Assembly: GCF_013365455.1 (NCBI RefSeq)
Contig: NZ_CP046578.1
Span: 780,001 to 812,000 of the forward strand
Length of the DNA stretch: 32,000 nucleotides
Source: Wolbachia endosymbiont of Dirofilaria (Dirofilaria) immitis
Lineage (GTDB): Bacteria; Pseudomonadota; Alphaproteobacteria; Rickettsiales; Anaplasmataceae
Reading direction: 5' to 3'
The translations under genes were made by a program, and so were the position numbers. Numbering within the stretch: position 1 is the stretch's first letter; each line of letters starts with the position of its first letter. The notes beneath the pieces were generated by a model. It did no database searches. It saw only the letters and a program-made list of their open reading frames with translations, and had not been told where the DNA came from. Positions 1 to 10,625 of this stretch are shown one piece after another.

Positions 1-386
1 ATATAAATATACCAAATTGTTTAAAATACTTCTACTTAGTGCTAATAGAAAAAGATCATCTTGGAGATTTATTAAATAAATCGATGATAGACACTCTGAT
101 TTTAGGTGATCTGAGAAAGCAAAAACGTCAATTTGAAACAGCTTCTCTAATTAAAAAGAAATAACATAAACCTAGATCATTTTGAAGTTGTTAAACCATC
201 CACAAATTTCAGTACCGTTTACTGTTTTCTGGATAGTTTTCAAAAAGCAAAAGAACCATTTAAATGAGACTTACCTATTCTCAAAAAGCATCATATAGCT
301 AACCACCCAGGAAGTCATTAAACTATTGATAAAACTAGATGACATTTAGTTTTTTAGCAATAATGAATTAACAAGAACTCATTGTA

Positions 387-1541
387 TTATACTCCTAAAA
401 TTAATCTATTAGGATCTTCTATATAATTTTTTATTTTAACAAGAAAAGTTACTGCTCCTTTACCGTCAACTATTTTGTGATCGTAAGAAAGAGCAATATA
501 CATTGTAGGCCTAATTTCAATTGAGTTGCCTACAGCAACTGGCTTGTTCTGTATCGAATGCATTCCAAGTATTCCAGATTGTGGAGGATTTATTATTGGA
601 GTGGAAAAAAGAGAACCGTACACTCCACCGTTTGAGATGGTGAATGTTGCACCTTCCATCTCCGATACTTGCAACTTACCTTCTCTGGCTCTTTTGCTAA
701 GAGCAGCCAAAGCTAATTCGATTTCCGCAAATGATATCTGATCAGCACTTCGAATAACTGGCACAACAAGACCCTTATCAGTGCCAACAGCAACGCCTAT
801 GTCATAGTAATGTTTATATACAATTTCATCACCTGAAATTTCAGCGTTAACTTCAGGAATTTCTTTTAAAGCTTGTACTGCTGCTTTTATAAAAAAGGGC
901 ATAAAACCTAACTTTATTCCATATTTCTTTTCGAAAGTTTCCTTATATTTTGCTCTCAGATTTACTACACTTTGCATATCAACCTCATTAAATGTAGTCA
1001 GTATCGCAGCAGTGTTTTGTGAAGCCTTTAAACGAGCAGCAATTATTTGCCTTATTCTACTCATTTTTACTCGTTTTTCTCTTTGCTTTTCACTTGCTAA
1101 ACTTTTTGGCAGTTCATACATTACAGGCTGTTTTATTTTGCTCATATAGTCATCCACATCTGCTTTCGTTATTCTGCCTCCCATTCCAGTCCCTTTGATA
1201 CTCCCAGTACTGATTGCATTCTCTCCCATAATTTTATAAGCTGATGGAGCGTCTTTTCTAATAGAGGTTTTACCTTGATCTTCTTGTTGTACCTCTATCA
1301 CAGAAAGCTTCGCTAACAATTGACCTGGACTTATTACATCATCTTCTTTTACAAGAAATTCAGTTATTTGCCCTGAAGCTTCTGCAGTTAATTCAAGTGC
1401 TGCTTTGTCAGTTTCAACTTCAAAGATTAAGTCATCTACCTCTACTGTTTCACCAATACCTTTCTTTATTTTGACTATACCTTCCGTGACCGATTCGCCA
1501 CCAAGAGTTTCCGGCGCTCTGATTTCTATAATTTTACCCAT
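387..1541 (-). CDS. sucB: Dihydrolipoamide succinyltransferase, E2 of 2-oxoglutarate dehydrogenase
   Basis: Lipoyl domain with ETDKAALEL, peripheral subunit-binding domain ([24 protein letters not shown]) and catalytic [16 protein letters not shown]. The track start at 1556 is a GTG; ATG at 1541 ([15 protein letters not shown]) has a GGAAGG ribosome-binding-like sequence about 7 nt upstream and is preferred. Confidence 0.95.
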   Translation of the reverse strand: MGKIIEIRAPETLGGESVTEGIVKIKKGIGETVEVDDLIFEVETDKAALELTAEASGQITEFLVKEDDVISPGQLLAKLSVIEVQQEDQGKTSIRKDAPSAYKIMGENAISTGSIKGTGMGGRITKADVDDYMSKIKQPVMYELPKSLASEKQREKRVKMSRIRQIIAARLKASQNTAAILTTFNEVDMQSVVNLRAKYKETFEKKYGIKLGFMPFFIKAAVQALKEIPEVNAEISGDEIVYKHYYDIGVAVGTDKGLVVPVIRSADQISFAEIELALAALSKRAREGKLQVSEMEGATFTISNGGVYGSLFSTPIINPPQSGILGMHSIQNKPVAVGNSIEIRPTMYIALSYDHKIVDGKGAVTFLVKIKNYIEDPNRLILGV

Positions 1542-2309
1542 AAAACAACCTTCCACAAAAACTTGCTATAATTTTATACATAAAAAGAAGCATACAATAA
1601 ACTAATAAATTTATTTAAGATTAAAAAGAAGCCTATTACAACTTGCTTTTTACTAGTTTAGCCCATGTATGTCAATCTCACTTACAAAGACTACTCTCGG
1701 AAGAAAAAAGATCCTCTACAACTTTTAAGCAAACTTCTTCACTCAGAATTGACAATTCTACCCTTACTCACCGCCAACATTAAACACTGAGTTTTGTAAG
1801 CTTTCCTAAGTAACATATATAAAAAACATTACCTCTTGCATAGTCCAACCATATGTTATAGATCCATTGATTTGCACTAAGACATAACAAAACTCTTCTT
1901 CAAAATCAGCTATTAAATGGATAAATATAAAAAGATCTTTGATCTCCAAAGCGCCAATAGACAAGTACATACACAGTTACTCGTTCCAGGTAAGATAAAA
2001 ATCCAATGAGTGCAGACTAGTTTCTTTTACCTAGCTCTTTGTTAATAACATAATTCTTAGCTAAGACCTTCTGAAAGCCCATAGTAAACTCATACTCCCA
2101 GCTTAAAATTAGGTGAATTAGAGGAAAGAAGCTATTACTTTTTAGTAAAGAATCTACTGCTATATAATCTACAAGGGCTACACAGAATGTATTTCTCCAA
2201 ATTATACAATATCTTAACCGTAAAAATAATTTTACTATATAATGTTTTAAATGTTTTAAAGCTTAAGCTTTATGTTACTATAAATATAGATTTTAAAATT
2301 ACAGATAAT

Positions 2310-2936
2310 ATGATAAACATTAACACGAAGAAACAAATAACAGGAGTTTTCATATATATTACTGGTCTTTTAGGTAGTGGAAGGCTTTCTACAGCAATAG
2401 AATTATCTAACACAATAGACGCACTGATTGTAAACAACAACCTCTCTAATAGTACTCAAGTTCATTCCATATACAATAATATCTTTGAATACGACCAAGT
2501 CCCTGAAAAAGTACAAGATAAAATATACAATATTGTACAAATTATGCTTCAGGTAATAGAAGCTTATCCAATTCATTCAAAAAATTATATATTTATTGAT
2601 GAATTGATGGAAAATAGTGAATACAACACAAGAATATATAACTCAGTAGTAGAACTTAGTAAAAAAATAAACACAAGAATTCTTCCTGTAGTACTTAAGT
2701 GTGATTTACATACACTACAAAAGCGCATTAGATCAAAAAGGCAAAGGGAAAATAAAAAAGTAATCAACATAAACATAAGTAATATTATAAAAAAATTTAG
2801 AACTCATAATTTGTTTATACCACCTAATGCTATAGAGATAGAGAATTCAAATATGAGTATAAAAGAAGTAACTAAGGAAATAACATGTCAGGTATACAAA
2901 CTTAGCCAAATTGATAGGATTTACGTCAAAGGCTAA
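2310..2936 (+). CDS. P-loop kinase-like / AAA-type ATPase-like protein of unknown function
   Basis: Internal ATG at 2310 (MININTKKQITGVFIYITGLLGSGRLST) is more plausible than the upstream 2187 start. It has a Walker A-like GLLGSGRLST after a hydrophobic strand, an FIDE Walker B-like motif, and an Arg-rich RIRSKRQRENKK segment. Confidence 0.6.
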   Translation: MININTKKQITGVFIYITGLLGSGRLSTAIELSNTIDALIVNNNLSNSTQVHSIYNNIFEYDQVPEKVQDKIYNIVQIMLQVIEAYPIHSKNYIFIDELMENSEYNTRIYNSVVELSKKINTRILPVVLKCDLHTLQKRIRSKRQRENKKVININISNIIKKFRTHNLFIPPNAIEIENSNMSIKEVTKEITCQVYKLSQIDRIYVKG

Positions 2937-2970
2937 CTTATAATAAATGCATTACATATCAAAGCTCATT

Positions 2971-3570
2971 TTAATAGATAGCCTTAACTTCACCTAATTT
3001 CTGTTTATTTTCTAGTCTGTAATGGGCTAATAGCCCTGCATGACTAGCATTTAATACAGGTAAATTGCAATCCATACACGTAATGCAGTCATCGTTTACC
3101 ATCCCAGCACCTTGATCTAAATATTGGAATTTAGCAATATCATGTACTACAATTGGGTATGACAGTGGCAATAGATTGAAACTAAATAATTGTGTATAAA
3201 CCCCTTGAGCATTTTTAATTATAGCTCTAATGTTTTTTTTGCTATTTGCACAAAGCAATGATATTGCGTATGCCTGAACTTCCAGTGTACTAACTCCATA
3301 TAATGGTTTATCTGTAACGAGATTTATGCCTTTCGCAGCTGATATACCAACTCTAATTCCAGTAAAACTTCCAGGCCCAACCACTACTACTAAATGATCT
3401 ATCTTATCGTAGTTATAGTTATGTTTACTGAATAGAGAATCTAAAACTTGAAAAAACGACTCTGCGTGATTGTTGCTAGTGGAATTGTGTTCTACTAAAC
3501 ACTTACCATTATGATCAATTATCGCTATCGAACTATCAGAACCTACAGTATCGATTGCTAAAATAGACAT
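2971..3570 (-). CDS. tsaB: tRNA threonylcarbamoyladenosine biosynthesis protein TsaB
   Basis: N-terminal MSILAIDTVGSDSSIAII, NNHAESFFQVLDSLF, and VVVGPGSFTGIRVGISAAKG are hallmark TsaB/YeaZ motifs. Confidence 0.93.
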   Translation of the reverse strand: MSILAIDTVGSDSSIAIIDHNGKCLVEHNSTSNNHAESFFQVLDSLFSKHNYNYDKIDHLVVVVGPGSFTGIRVGISAAKGINLVTDKPLYGVSTLEVQAYAISLLCANSKKNIRAIIKNAQGVYTQLFSFNLLPLSYPIVVHDIAKFQYLDQGAGMVNDDCITCMDCNLPVLNASHAGLLAHYRLENKQKLGEVKAIY

Positions 3571-4095
3571 TATTTAAGTTTACCATAGAGCTTCATAAAT
3601 ATCAAAGTAAAGGCACAGTTACCTATAACATAAGCTAAAGTTAACATTAAATCAAACGTTACATATAATGCAGTGATTAATGAGAGCATTTCTTGGGAGT
3701 ATTCAAAACTCTTCTCAAGAATAGATAACATTACTATATTCCTCCTGCCGTAGCTGCAAAATAGTGAACTTAAACAATAAAAAAGCAACTATCCCACCAG
3801 GTAAAAACAGTAGTCGTCAGTATAACAGATAATACTATATTAGGCTGCTTTACGTCTTTTACTTCCTGTAGAGGTAAGTAGTACAGCTACATTACTAAAT
3901 ACCATACTCATTAAATAATAAATGCCTGGCATCATATTGCCTATACTAGTTACCTAACTTATAATCTTGAATGAAGCTGCTGTTTCATACAAGAAAAAAT
4001 ATAGAAATAAGTCACAGATGTTATAATAAAAAAAATTATCAAGTAATCCTTGAATGTTATAGGTAAAGTCTGATCACGCTACCTTTTAAAGGAGC
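3570..4095 (-). pseudogene. Probable decayed dicarboxylate/amino-acid:cation symporter (SLC1 / GltP-like), C-terminal half
   Basis: Minus-strand translation in different frames gives, in family order: DQTLPITFKDYL (cf. SSSATLPVTLK), SSFIQDY (cf. AxFIAQxYG), SIGNMMPGIYYLMSMVFSNV (cf. SIGxxGxPGxxxxMLxMVLxSVG), and FDLMLTLAYVIGNCAFTLIFMKLYG (cf. DxxLDxxRTxxNVxGDxxxxxIVxK). Stops and frame changes interrupt them. The 72-aa ORF 3570..3788 would be the last fragment. Confidence 0.45.
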
Positions 4096-4443
4096 AATGT
4101 TTTTTATACAGCACATTCTATATTAAATAAGCATTCTAGAGGATAAAAACACTCAATCAAACAAGCTATTAAACTTAAAGCTAGATTTAATAAGAAAATC
4201 GTTATAACAAGTAACAACATGAACCTTATAGCCGACTGCCTAAGACAGACTATCAGCACTACAAACATCAACGTAAAAGCAACAAAAATTATAAACAGCA
4301 AGACTAACCATTATAATATTCTCTGATATAACAATATTTTCAAAAGTATAATACAGTTAGCCAACCACTAAGTAAAAAAATATCTAAACCGCTATAATGC
4401 ATTCATTAAAGGCTTAACTTCAACCCAGCCAAAACCATATAAT

Positions 4444-4740
4444 TTAGATCAGTTTTAGACTTTTGATGGTCTCTTCAGCATTAGATTTTACAATATCGAA
4501 TAGCACGAAGTGCCCACAAGAAAAAGAGTTTTTAATGCTCAGAGAAGCATATAATACCAATTTATTCATACTTTTATCTGCAATATCACGATAACTATCG
4601 AAACATGTTAAGCTTAATTTGTGAGAATCAGAACAATAAGTAGTACCTACATTCGTGTAATACATGCTTACTTTACAATCATACTTTTCTCCAAACTTAC
4701 TACCACTAACATATAAAAAAATGCAGTTATAATCGGACAC
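4444..4740 (-). CDS. Hypothetical 98-aa ORF, possibly a gene remnant
   Basis: Open frame only. Cys-containing sequence without a family I recognise, in a gene-poor, apparently degraded region. Confidence 0.2.
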   Translation of the reverse strand: MSDYNCIFLYVSGSKFGEKYDCKVSMYYTNVGTTYCSDSHKLSLTCFDSYRDIADKSMNKLVLYASLSIKNSFSCGHFVLFDIVKSNAEETIKSLKLI

Positions 4741-6996
4741 TCTTCAGAAGTTTTATCTGCACAATCAGCTGGATTTTCCCTACAAACTCACCAGTTAAAG
4801 CAGCATCTGACAGACCATTTTATAGAAAAGACTAGAAGCAACTAGATTGCCACACTGTAAGTTATTTTTCCCTGACACATAACTGAGCCCTCATTGAAAG
4901 TTAAATCACAAGAGAGATAATAGCTTATTACCTTACTGCTTTAACTTGAGCTTAAGTCTACTATAAGTACTATGAATACTTGATTTAATCTAAAGACCAT
5001 ATTTTTTCATATCTAATAATATCATTCTTTTTCTCATCATCATATAAATCTGCACAGTTTATCCAGTAATTATTTACCACGCAAGCATCAGTATAAATCT
5101 TTAAAGTGCTGATCAACATACTCTGGCTAACTAACTTTTTTTTACCAAACCAATCGATCCAAATTTCTGATTTTTAATGATGAAATACCATCTCCCACAT
5201 TTAACCTTCCATATGGCCTAACACTCTTAGAGTTTATAGCATTAGAGCTCCTACTTTAACACAAAAGCTCTTTAGGTATGTAGATAAACTTACCGTAGAC
5301 AAAAAAGTACAAGTACAAACAACTTAAAATTTTATCTTTAATCTAAATATTAAAAGAATTTTTATTAAAAAGTATAATCAAAATCTGAAATCTATTTTCC
5401 CGTCCAGTTTTGCATAAAATATTTCTTTATCCATCTTTATCCAGAATTACTCTAGCACTACACCATTTTGTAAAAACAATACTAAAAGCAGTGTGATGGA
5501 TAGTAGCTTAACTTCACGAATAAATTAAAACTTTTATGCAAAAAACATAAGTTTAAACTCAACATAAACATAAAGACAACTTTCCAGAAGGCTACTTTAA
5601 CTAAGCGTTGAACTCTATCGCTAGTTTTTAAGCCAATCTTCATAAGCTGTTGATATATCAGATAATTTTTGCTTCAGTTACTGCTCACTGACAGTAAAAT
5701 ATACATGATTAACCACTTTAGATATTCTTTTTGCATCATAATTAACCCCAAAATAAAAGGAAACCTTATTTTGCCAATACACTTAAAAGAATCATCACTG
5801 TAGCAATTTCATAAGAACACTCTATATCAATTTTTATCACACTATCTATCTCATCAAAGTAACTGCCAGATCTAATAACCCCTATAAAACCTTAACTTGA
5901 TGCAGCAAGCGAAGTCTAATATAACACATAGCTCCCAGAAAAGAATTCATATCTTATATATGAAATAAGTCATGATTTTATATTTTTGCTATTAGATACT
6001 TATCCCTAAACACTTCCAATTTATAAAGTGCTAATAATATCACGTATCAATAGCTCATTCATAATCAGCTGTTTCTACACTTATAACACTGACTAGTATC
6101 TTATTAAATACTCTTATTCTTATATTCAATAAACCTCTCGCATCTTGATTAGACCTTTAAATTGATAAAGTTTTTTCCTTATCCTGATAAATAGATGTCA
6201 TGATATCATTTTACAGTCATAAAATCTTCTATACTTCGTTCTATGCAGCGGACCTATAAGTACAATAGATCATAGCTAAATGTTAAAATTTATTACATAA
6301 GAAACATAAACTATAAATCTACTGCCGCTATCTTTTAATAGGAATAAAGCCTTCCAGGTTTCTATATTCTACTCAATTTACTTGACGCTCTATCAACATG
6401 AAAATCACTAATGTATAATAAATGCAACAGCTCAGATAAAAGTAGTGCAAACATAATTTAAACTAAGTTAACAAATCCAGTTATTTTATAATTTTATTGT
6501 CTTCCGCTCTACTGATAACACTTCCGAACAGAGTATTGTATTAATGAGCTTGCATAATATCTTAAGTAACAGCTGCTTATAATTCTCACTAGTCTTTTTG
6601 CCGTTTAGCATGATAAATATAAAAATTTAAAATATAAGATTATAGAACTGTAAAAGCTAGTAATCAGTTCGTTATAAGACATGTAAATATACTTTTCATC
6701 GCCTTTAAAACTGTGATGAGATACTAAAAAGCACATTTCTCATTCTGAACCCATGACACTATTAATATAGTGAATTAATTTATAGAAATAATCTTATAGC
6801 ACTTTGCTATTATTTCACAGATAAATATTTCTACATTTAGTATCTTTCGAAAACTCTCATAAATTTTTAGACGTCCTCACTCTCAAAAAAACATACAATT
6901 ATTATCATTACACAATTTAAAATTGTATCAACTACATGTTGCACAAAAATATACATTACAATATTATTGCAGTAAGTTAAGAATAAAGAGGTTAGT

Positions 6997-7629
6997 ATGA
7001 CTTTTACTCTACCTGAGTTACCATATAGCAAAACAGCTTTAGAGCCTTACATATCTGCAAGGACATTAAGTTTTCACTACGACAAGCACCACAGAGGATA
7101 TTTAGATAAGCTCAACGAGCTAGTCGAAAATACAAACATAAAAATTGAGGAACTAATAATGAAAGTTCATGAGGATAGTAATAAAGTTAATATATTTAAT
7201 AATGCAGCACAAGTTTGGAACCACACTTTCTACTGGAACTCAATGAAAAAAAATGGCGGCAGTAAGCCTAAAGATAACAGCCTTCTCACAAAAAAAATTC
7301 AAGACGATATTGGCAGTTTTGATAGATTTTATGAAGAATTTTTGAGTTACGGAGTAAGCCAGTTTGGCAGTGGATGGGTATGGTTAGTGCTCGAAAAAGG
7401 AAAGCTTAAAATCACCAAAACTTCAAATTCTAACTTGCCACTAATCTATGGCCAAGTGCCATTGCTTACTATGGATGTTTGGGAACACTCATACTATTTA
7501 GATTGTCAAAATCGTAGAGTCGACTACATAAAAGTTTTCCTTGATCATTTAATTAATTGGGACTTTGCAGAAGAAAATTTAAAAAAAAATATACAAGATG
7601 AGTGCACCACAGGTAACAAAACTAGATAA
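6997..7629 (+). CDS. sodB: Superoxide dismutase, Fe/Mn family (Fe-type signature)
   Basis: FTLPELPYSKTALEPYISARTLSFHYDKHHRGYLDKLN, AAQVWNHTFYWNSM, GSGWVWLV, and metal-binding DVWEHSYYLDCQNRRVDYI. Confidence 0.96.
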   Translation: MTFTLPELPYSKTALEPYISARTLSFHYDKHHRGYLDKLNELVENTNIKIEELIMKVHEDSNKVNIFNNAAQVWNHTFYWNSMKKNGGSKPKDNSLLTKKIQDDIGSFDRFYEEFLSYGVSQFGSGWVWLVLEKGKLKITKTSNSNLPLIYGQVPLLTMDVWEHSYYLDCQNRRVDYIKVFLDHLINWDFAEENLKKNIQDECTTGNKTR

Positions 7630-8872
7630 TGGTCTACGCATAATAACTGAGCAGGCATGTGATGCCGATACCATAGCTTTTAACGTACGAGTTGGCGTCG
7701 GAAGCAGAGCTGAGAGCGCGAGTCAAAATGGTATATCTCATTTTCTAGAACACATGGCTTTTAAAGGAACAAAGACCAGGACTGCATTTGAAATTGCAAA
7801 AGTTTTTGATAACATAGGCGGAGTTTTTAATGCTATCACTAGCAGAGAAAGCACTAGTTACTACGCAAAAATTCTCAAGAAAGACATAAAGACTGGCATT
7901 AGCATATTAATAGATATATTAATGAATTCCACGTTTCCAGAAGACGAATTAGAGCGCGAAAAGGGTGTTGTAATACAAGAGATTTTTCAAACTAATGACT
8001 CACCAAGCGACATTATTTTTGATAGGTATTTCGAAGCAGCTTATAAAAATCAGCCATTTGGTAGGTCAATTTTAGGTACGCAGGATACTGTAAAGTCCTT
8101 TAGTCAGGAAGATCTAAATAACTATATAAACGAGCATTACTTTGGTGAGAATATACTATTTGCCGCTGTAGGAAATATTGAGCATAAGGAAATTTCTCAA
8201 TTAACTAAAGACTTTCTCTCAAAGATCCACCACCTAAAGGAGATAAAGAAAAAACAAAATGCAAGCTACACCGGTGGTGAGTATTTAGAATATCGTAAAT
8301 TAGATCAGATATATTTACTAATAGGTTTTCCCAGTGTTTCCCAACATGATGATAGACATCATACATTTCAAGTACTTGATTCTATACTAGGAAGTGGAAT
8401 GTCATCACGACTATTCCAGGAAATAAGAGAAAAACAAGGATTAGCTTACTCAGTCTATTCTTTTAATTCTAGCTACACTGATACAGGAATGTTTTCTATC
8501 TTTGCTGGCACAGATAGCAAAAACTCAGGCAAACTCCTAAAATCCATAGCGACGGAGTTGAAAAAGTTGTCTACAGGCAACTTGAAGGAAGAAGAAGTGA
8601 ATAGAGCAAAAGAGCGAGTAAAATCACAAATTTTGATGTCACGTGAGAGTGTTAGCTCTCGTGCTGAAGCGTTAGGGTACTATTATGGCAATTTTAATAG
8701 ATATATCAGTAAAAATGAACTAATAGAAAAAATTAGCGCAGTTACTACTTCTGACATAAAAAAAGTGGCAAAAGAACTATTATCTCAGCATGAGAAAACC
8801 ACTTTAGCTGCAACTGGAGAAATTAAGTCATTGCCAAACTACGATAAGGTAGTTTCTATGTTTAGAGCTTAG
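7598..8872 (+). CDS. M16 family zinc peptidase (mitochondrial processing peptidase beta-like)
   Basis: VTKLDNGLRIITEQ start, HFLEHMAFKGTKTR (HxxEH inverzincin motif), downstream ERGVVIQE-like EREKGVVIQEI, and C-terminal R/Y motif FQEIREKQGLAYSVYSF. Confidence 0.95.
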   Translation: MSAPQVTKLDNGLRIITEQACDADTIAFNVRVGVGSRAESASQNGISHFLEHMAFKGTKTRTAFEIAKVFDNIGGVFNAITSRESTSYYAKILKKDIKTGISILIDILMNSTFPEDELEREKGVVIQEIFQTNDSPSDIIFDRYFEAAYKNQPFGRSILGTQDTVKSFSQEDLNNYINEHYFGENILFAAVGNIEHKEISQLTKDFLSKIHHLKEIKKKQNASYTGGEYLEYRKLDQIYLLIGFPSVSQHDDRHHTFQVLDSILGSGMSSRLFQEIREKQGLAYSVYSFNSSYTDTGMFSIFAGTDSKNSGKLLKSIATELKKLSTGNLKEEEVNRAKERVKSQILMSRESVSSRAEALGYYYGNFNRYISKNELIEKISAVTTSDIKKVAKELLSQHEKTTLAATGEIKSLPNYDKVVSMFRA

Positions 8873-9057
8873 GCATCAAAGTATAGACGGTCTTTTTCTG
8901 CGGAGGTTACTTTCAAATCATAATATTTTTATAACTCTATGCTATATACAATAATTATGCAAATGTTAATTAATACAGTAAGTGAATAATTTTGATTGAA
9001 AAATAGTTTTTCTACTATATAAATGCTACTTTGAGGCAATCAAGTTGAGCAGTCAAA

Positions 9058-9579
9058 GTGGGAAATAATAAATATAGCTTAGGTTTAAGGATTATCCATT
9101 GGTTAATGGCTGCTTTCATTATCGGCATGCTTTGCTGTGGGTTTTATATGAAAAGCTTACCGGTTAGTAATGAAATTAAATTCAGTATATACACTGTTCA
9201 TAAAGCTTGTGGGATTACTATCCTCGGATTAGTTGTAATACGCATGTTTTTCCGTGCCTTTAGTCATGTTTCACCACTTTCAGCAAATTTTTCTCGATTC
9301 GAAGTCAATACAAGCAAAGCAGTACATTTTGTTTTATATTTCCTAATGGTAATGACTCCATTATCTGGTTATGTTATGTCTTCTGCTTCTGACATAGAGA
9401 TTAAATACTTCTTTTATATTCCTTTATTAATTAGTAAAAACAAAGAGCTAAGCAATGTAGCCAATAAGCTACATTCAATGTTTGCATACTTTATGATATT
9501 TTTTATAGCATTGCATATATTTGGTGCTCTAAAGCACACATTTGTAGACAAACAAAACATTTTTAAACGCATAATATAG
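9058..9579 (+). CDS. Cytochrome b561-like diheme membrane protein
   Basis: RIIHWLMAAFIIGML, YTVHKACGITILGLVVIRM, VHFVLYFLMVMTPLSGYVMS and ALHIFGALKHTF give four transmembrane segments with conserved His residues. Confidence 0.85.
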   Translation: MGNNKYSLGLRIIHWLMAAFIIGMLCCGFYMKSLPVSNEIKFSIYTVHKACGITILGLVVIRMFFRAFSHVSPLSANFSRFEVNTSKAVHFVLYFLMVMTPLSGYVMSSASDIEIKYFFYIPLLISKNKELSNVANKLHSMFAYFMIFFIALHIFGALKHTFVDKQNIFKRII

Positions 9580-9584
9580 ATCAT

Positions 9585-10625
9585 ATGTTAAGCAATCTAT
9601 GGAAAAAAGGAGCAAATTTTCTCGGTAGCGATTTTGCAATAATGGGCGGCGCTATGAGCTGGGTTTCAGAGAGAAGTCTAGTTTCAGCAATCTCAAACGC
9701 TGGTGGTTTCGGTATAATCGCATGTGGTGCAATGTCCCCTGATTTACTGAAAAAAGAAATCATGGAGACACAAAAATTAACTAATAAGCCATTTGGCGTA
9801 AACTTGATTACTATGCACCCAAATTTGAGTGAGCTAATAGACATATGCATTGAAACAAAAGTAAGTCACATAGTTCTTGCCGGTGGACTGCCAATGAAGT
9901 CCAGTATAGAAAAAATCAAGAACGTAGGCATAAAGGTAATATGCTTTGCGTCATCACTAAATCTTGCAAAGAGACTAGTAAAAATGGGTGTAGATGCATT
10001 AATAATAGAAGGAATGGAAGCAGGTGGACATATAGGTCCCGTCAGCACTTCTGTTCTTGCACAAGAGATATTACCTCATTTTAAAAATAAGCAAACACCA
10101 GTGTTTGTTGCAGGTGGGATAGGAAGAGGCGAAATGATAGTTAATTACCTGGAAGTAGGAGCAAGCGGCTGCCAAATAGGTACATTATTTGTCTGCACAA
10201 ATGAGTCAATTGCTCATAAAAATTTTAAAGAAGTGTTTATAAAATCAGCTGCACGTAATGCAGTATCTTCTATACAAATAAGTGCTGATTTTCCTGTAAT
10301 TCCAGTAAGAGCTATAGCTAACAAAGCAAGTGATGATTTTATAAAGCATCAAAGAGAAATCATTGATAAATACCAAAAAGGACAGATCTCAAAAGAAGAT
10401 GGACAGCTTGAGATAGAAAAATTCTGGGCTGGAGCTCTAAGAAGGGCAGTGATTGAAGGAGATGTTGAAACTGGGTCTTTAATGGCTGGTCAAAGTGTTG
10501 GCATGGTTGATAGAGAAAAGCCCGTAAAAGAAGTAGTGAATATGTTAATTCAACAAGCAGATAGTTATATTGAAAGCAAATCTGTGGAAGTAGAAAGTCC
10601 AGTAATTAGCAAAGCAAACAGCTAA
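9585..10625 (+). CDS. Nitronate monooxygenase / FabK-like flavin oxidoreductase (2-nitropropane dioxygenase family)
   Basis: FAIMGGAMSWVSERSLVSAISNAGGFGIIACG, PFGVNLITMHP, GMEAGGHIGPVSTSVLAQEI, and VFVAGGIGRGEMIVNYLEVGASGCQIGTLFVCTNES. Confidence 0.9.
   Translation: MLSNLWKKGANFLGSDFAIMGGAMSWVSERSLVSAISNAGGFGIIACGAMSPDLLKKEIMETQKLTNKPFGVNLITMHPNLSELIDICIETKVSHIVLAGGLPMKSSIEKIKNVGIKVICFASSLNLAKRLVKMGVDALIIEGMEAGGHIGPVSTSVLAQEILPHFKNKQTPVFVAGGIGRGEMIVNYLEVGASGCQIGTLFVCTNESIAHKNFKEVFIKSAARNAVSSIQISADFPVIPVRAIANKASDDFIKHQREIIDKYQKGQISKEDGQLEIEKFWAGALRRAVIEGDVETGSLMAGQSVGMVDREKPVKEVVNMLIQQADSYIESKSVEVESPVISKANS

Noticed and set aside
526-741. Plus-strand ORF of 71 aa, and 1405..1605, both antisense to sucB
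   Set aside because: Shadow ORFs within a well-supported gene, with no independent domain signal.
2585-2776. Minus-strand 63-aa ORF
   Set aside because: Lies inside the kinase-like CDS on the opposite strand; hydrophobicity is a by-product of the opposite-strand codons.
4104-4301. Minus-strand 65-aa hydrophobic ORF as an independent membrane protein gene
   Set aside because: No family recognised. It may be an N-terminal transmembrane remnant of the decayed symporter, but evidence is too weak to extend the pseudogene call confidently.
4985-5173. Open minus-strand frame (KSEIWIDWFGKKKLVSQSMLISTLKIYTDAC...), first read as RNase H-like
   Set aside because: Only the short IYTD string resembles RNase H; downstream residues do not follow the family pattern.
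9581-10048. Minus-strand ORFs of 89 and 60 aa
   Set aside because: Fully antisense to the nitronate monooxygenase-like gene.
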